A stretch of DNA of 64,000 bases, taken from Octopus bimaculoides (Eukaryota). The translations under genes were made by a program, and so were the position numbers. This document shows positions 62,841 through 64,000 of this stretch, one piece after another (within the stretch, counting starts at the first letter, position 1; every line of letters begins with the position of its first letter). The stretch spans positions 49,478,421-49,542,420 of the forward strand of contig NC_068993.1 of NCBI RefSeq assembly GCF_001194135.2. The letters run 5' to 3'. Under the pieces are notes generated by a model. The model searched no databases. It had not been told where the DNA came from and saw only the letters and a program-made list of their open reading frames with translations.

Positions 62841-64000
62841 GAATGAGTATGGTTTGGCTACATATACTGTGGTTTTGTTAGTTGTTTTGTTTATTTATTC
62901 CCATGATTTACTGCTTTACCAGCTGTTAAATCCTCAATAGCTTTTAACTAACTTTTAAATGCAAACAATTCGGTACTAAATACAAGATACATAGGTAACT
63001 TTGTAGATGTCTTGTGTGTGTATGTATATGTGTGTATCTCTTTATCTTATATATTTATACCTGTACAGACACATCATCAAAATTAATATTGATTATTCAG
63101 TTTTGACTGGGAAAATGCCCAGAGATTAGATGCTTGCTTTTCTAACTATGAGAGTGAAGTACCCCTTGAGAAAATGTATTGTTATACCAGTTTAAATTAG
63201 CAGAATCTGTATCATGTTTCTCTGGGTATTTCAAAATACTGCGGGTCTTAATTGGTTGGTGAGATTGACTTCATTTCATCTACAATGAAGAATTTAAATT
63301 TGTTTATCACCATTGTAGTTCATTTTAGTTGCATGTGCTTCTAAAGCACTCAAATTATTAAAGCATGCGTCTGTGTGAATGTGTTTTAAATTTGCATTTG
63401 TAAAGTTAAACTTTAATGTGTGTGCATCATCAGGATCATCTTTGGCAGCAACATAGTTGGTTTAACGTCTACTTTATCATGCTTGCATGGGTTAGATAAG
63501 AGTTAGCTGGAGCACCATTTGTTTCATTTAATGACTGTTATTCCATGCTAGCATAGGTTAGAAGGTAATAAATTTGAAGCATTGATTTTTACTGACTGAT
63601 GTACTTCCTATCATCAACCCTTACTTGCTTTTCAAGTAAACAATTTTTGTTCCAAAGGAATTCAAAAGCGCAGAGCTAGCAGGTGATTTGAAAGTAGGAA
63701 ATGTTATCAATCTTTATTGGTTGAAGCTCAGCCACAAATGATGACATCACTGTTTGTACCTGTAGCTCTGTGTAGATTGCAAGGTTGGTTGTTTTTTTTT
63801 TAATTACATGTACAGTCTATCTAATGGCTTCCCCACGATTTCTGTCTGCCTAGTGTCACTCACAAGACACAGGTTGATCTGAATAATTGATACTTCCACA
63901 GGATGCCATGCAGTAGTATCAATCTCTGGATCTTGAAATTAAGAAGTGAGTTTCTTAACCATTTAGCCATATTGTATATACATATATATTTATATATATA

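Overview
AT-rich, microsatellite-saturated animal genomic DNA from a draft assembly with many N gaps. The repeat families look like those of Octopus (inference from recognition, not a search). No complete gene or confidently identifiable host protein is visible, and almost every ORF in the supplied track is a microsatellite or N-gap artefact. The window is dominated by at least five recurring SINE-like families (called A-E here), decayed LINE fragments (L1/Tx1, RTE, CR1-group), a probable ancient Ty3/Gypsy pol remnant and several MITEs (mariner, two piggyBac-like TTAA families, hAT-like, foldback/Mutator-like). Non-TE signals: (1) a recursive-splice-site-like AG|GTAAGT junction with a 77-nt all-frame-stop exon at 14.96-15.04 kb on +; (2) two CpG-retaining domains (about 26.9-28.3 kb and 45.7-56.7 kb) inside CpG-eroded DNA; (3) candidate in-frame 5' coding exons of a minus-strand gene at 48.3 and 47.4 kb, with a possible alternative first exon at 27.35 kb. 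The + and - strand gene signals conflict and need RNA data. TE boundaries are read by eye and are approximate unless TIR/TSD coordinates are given.
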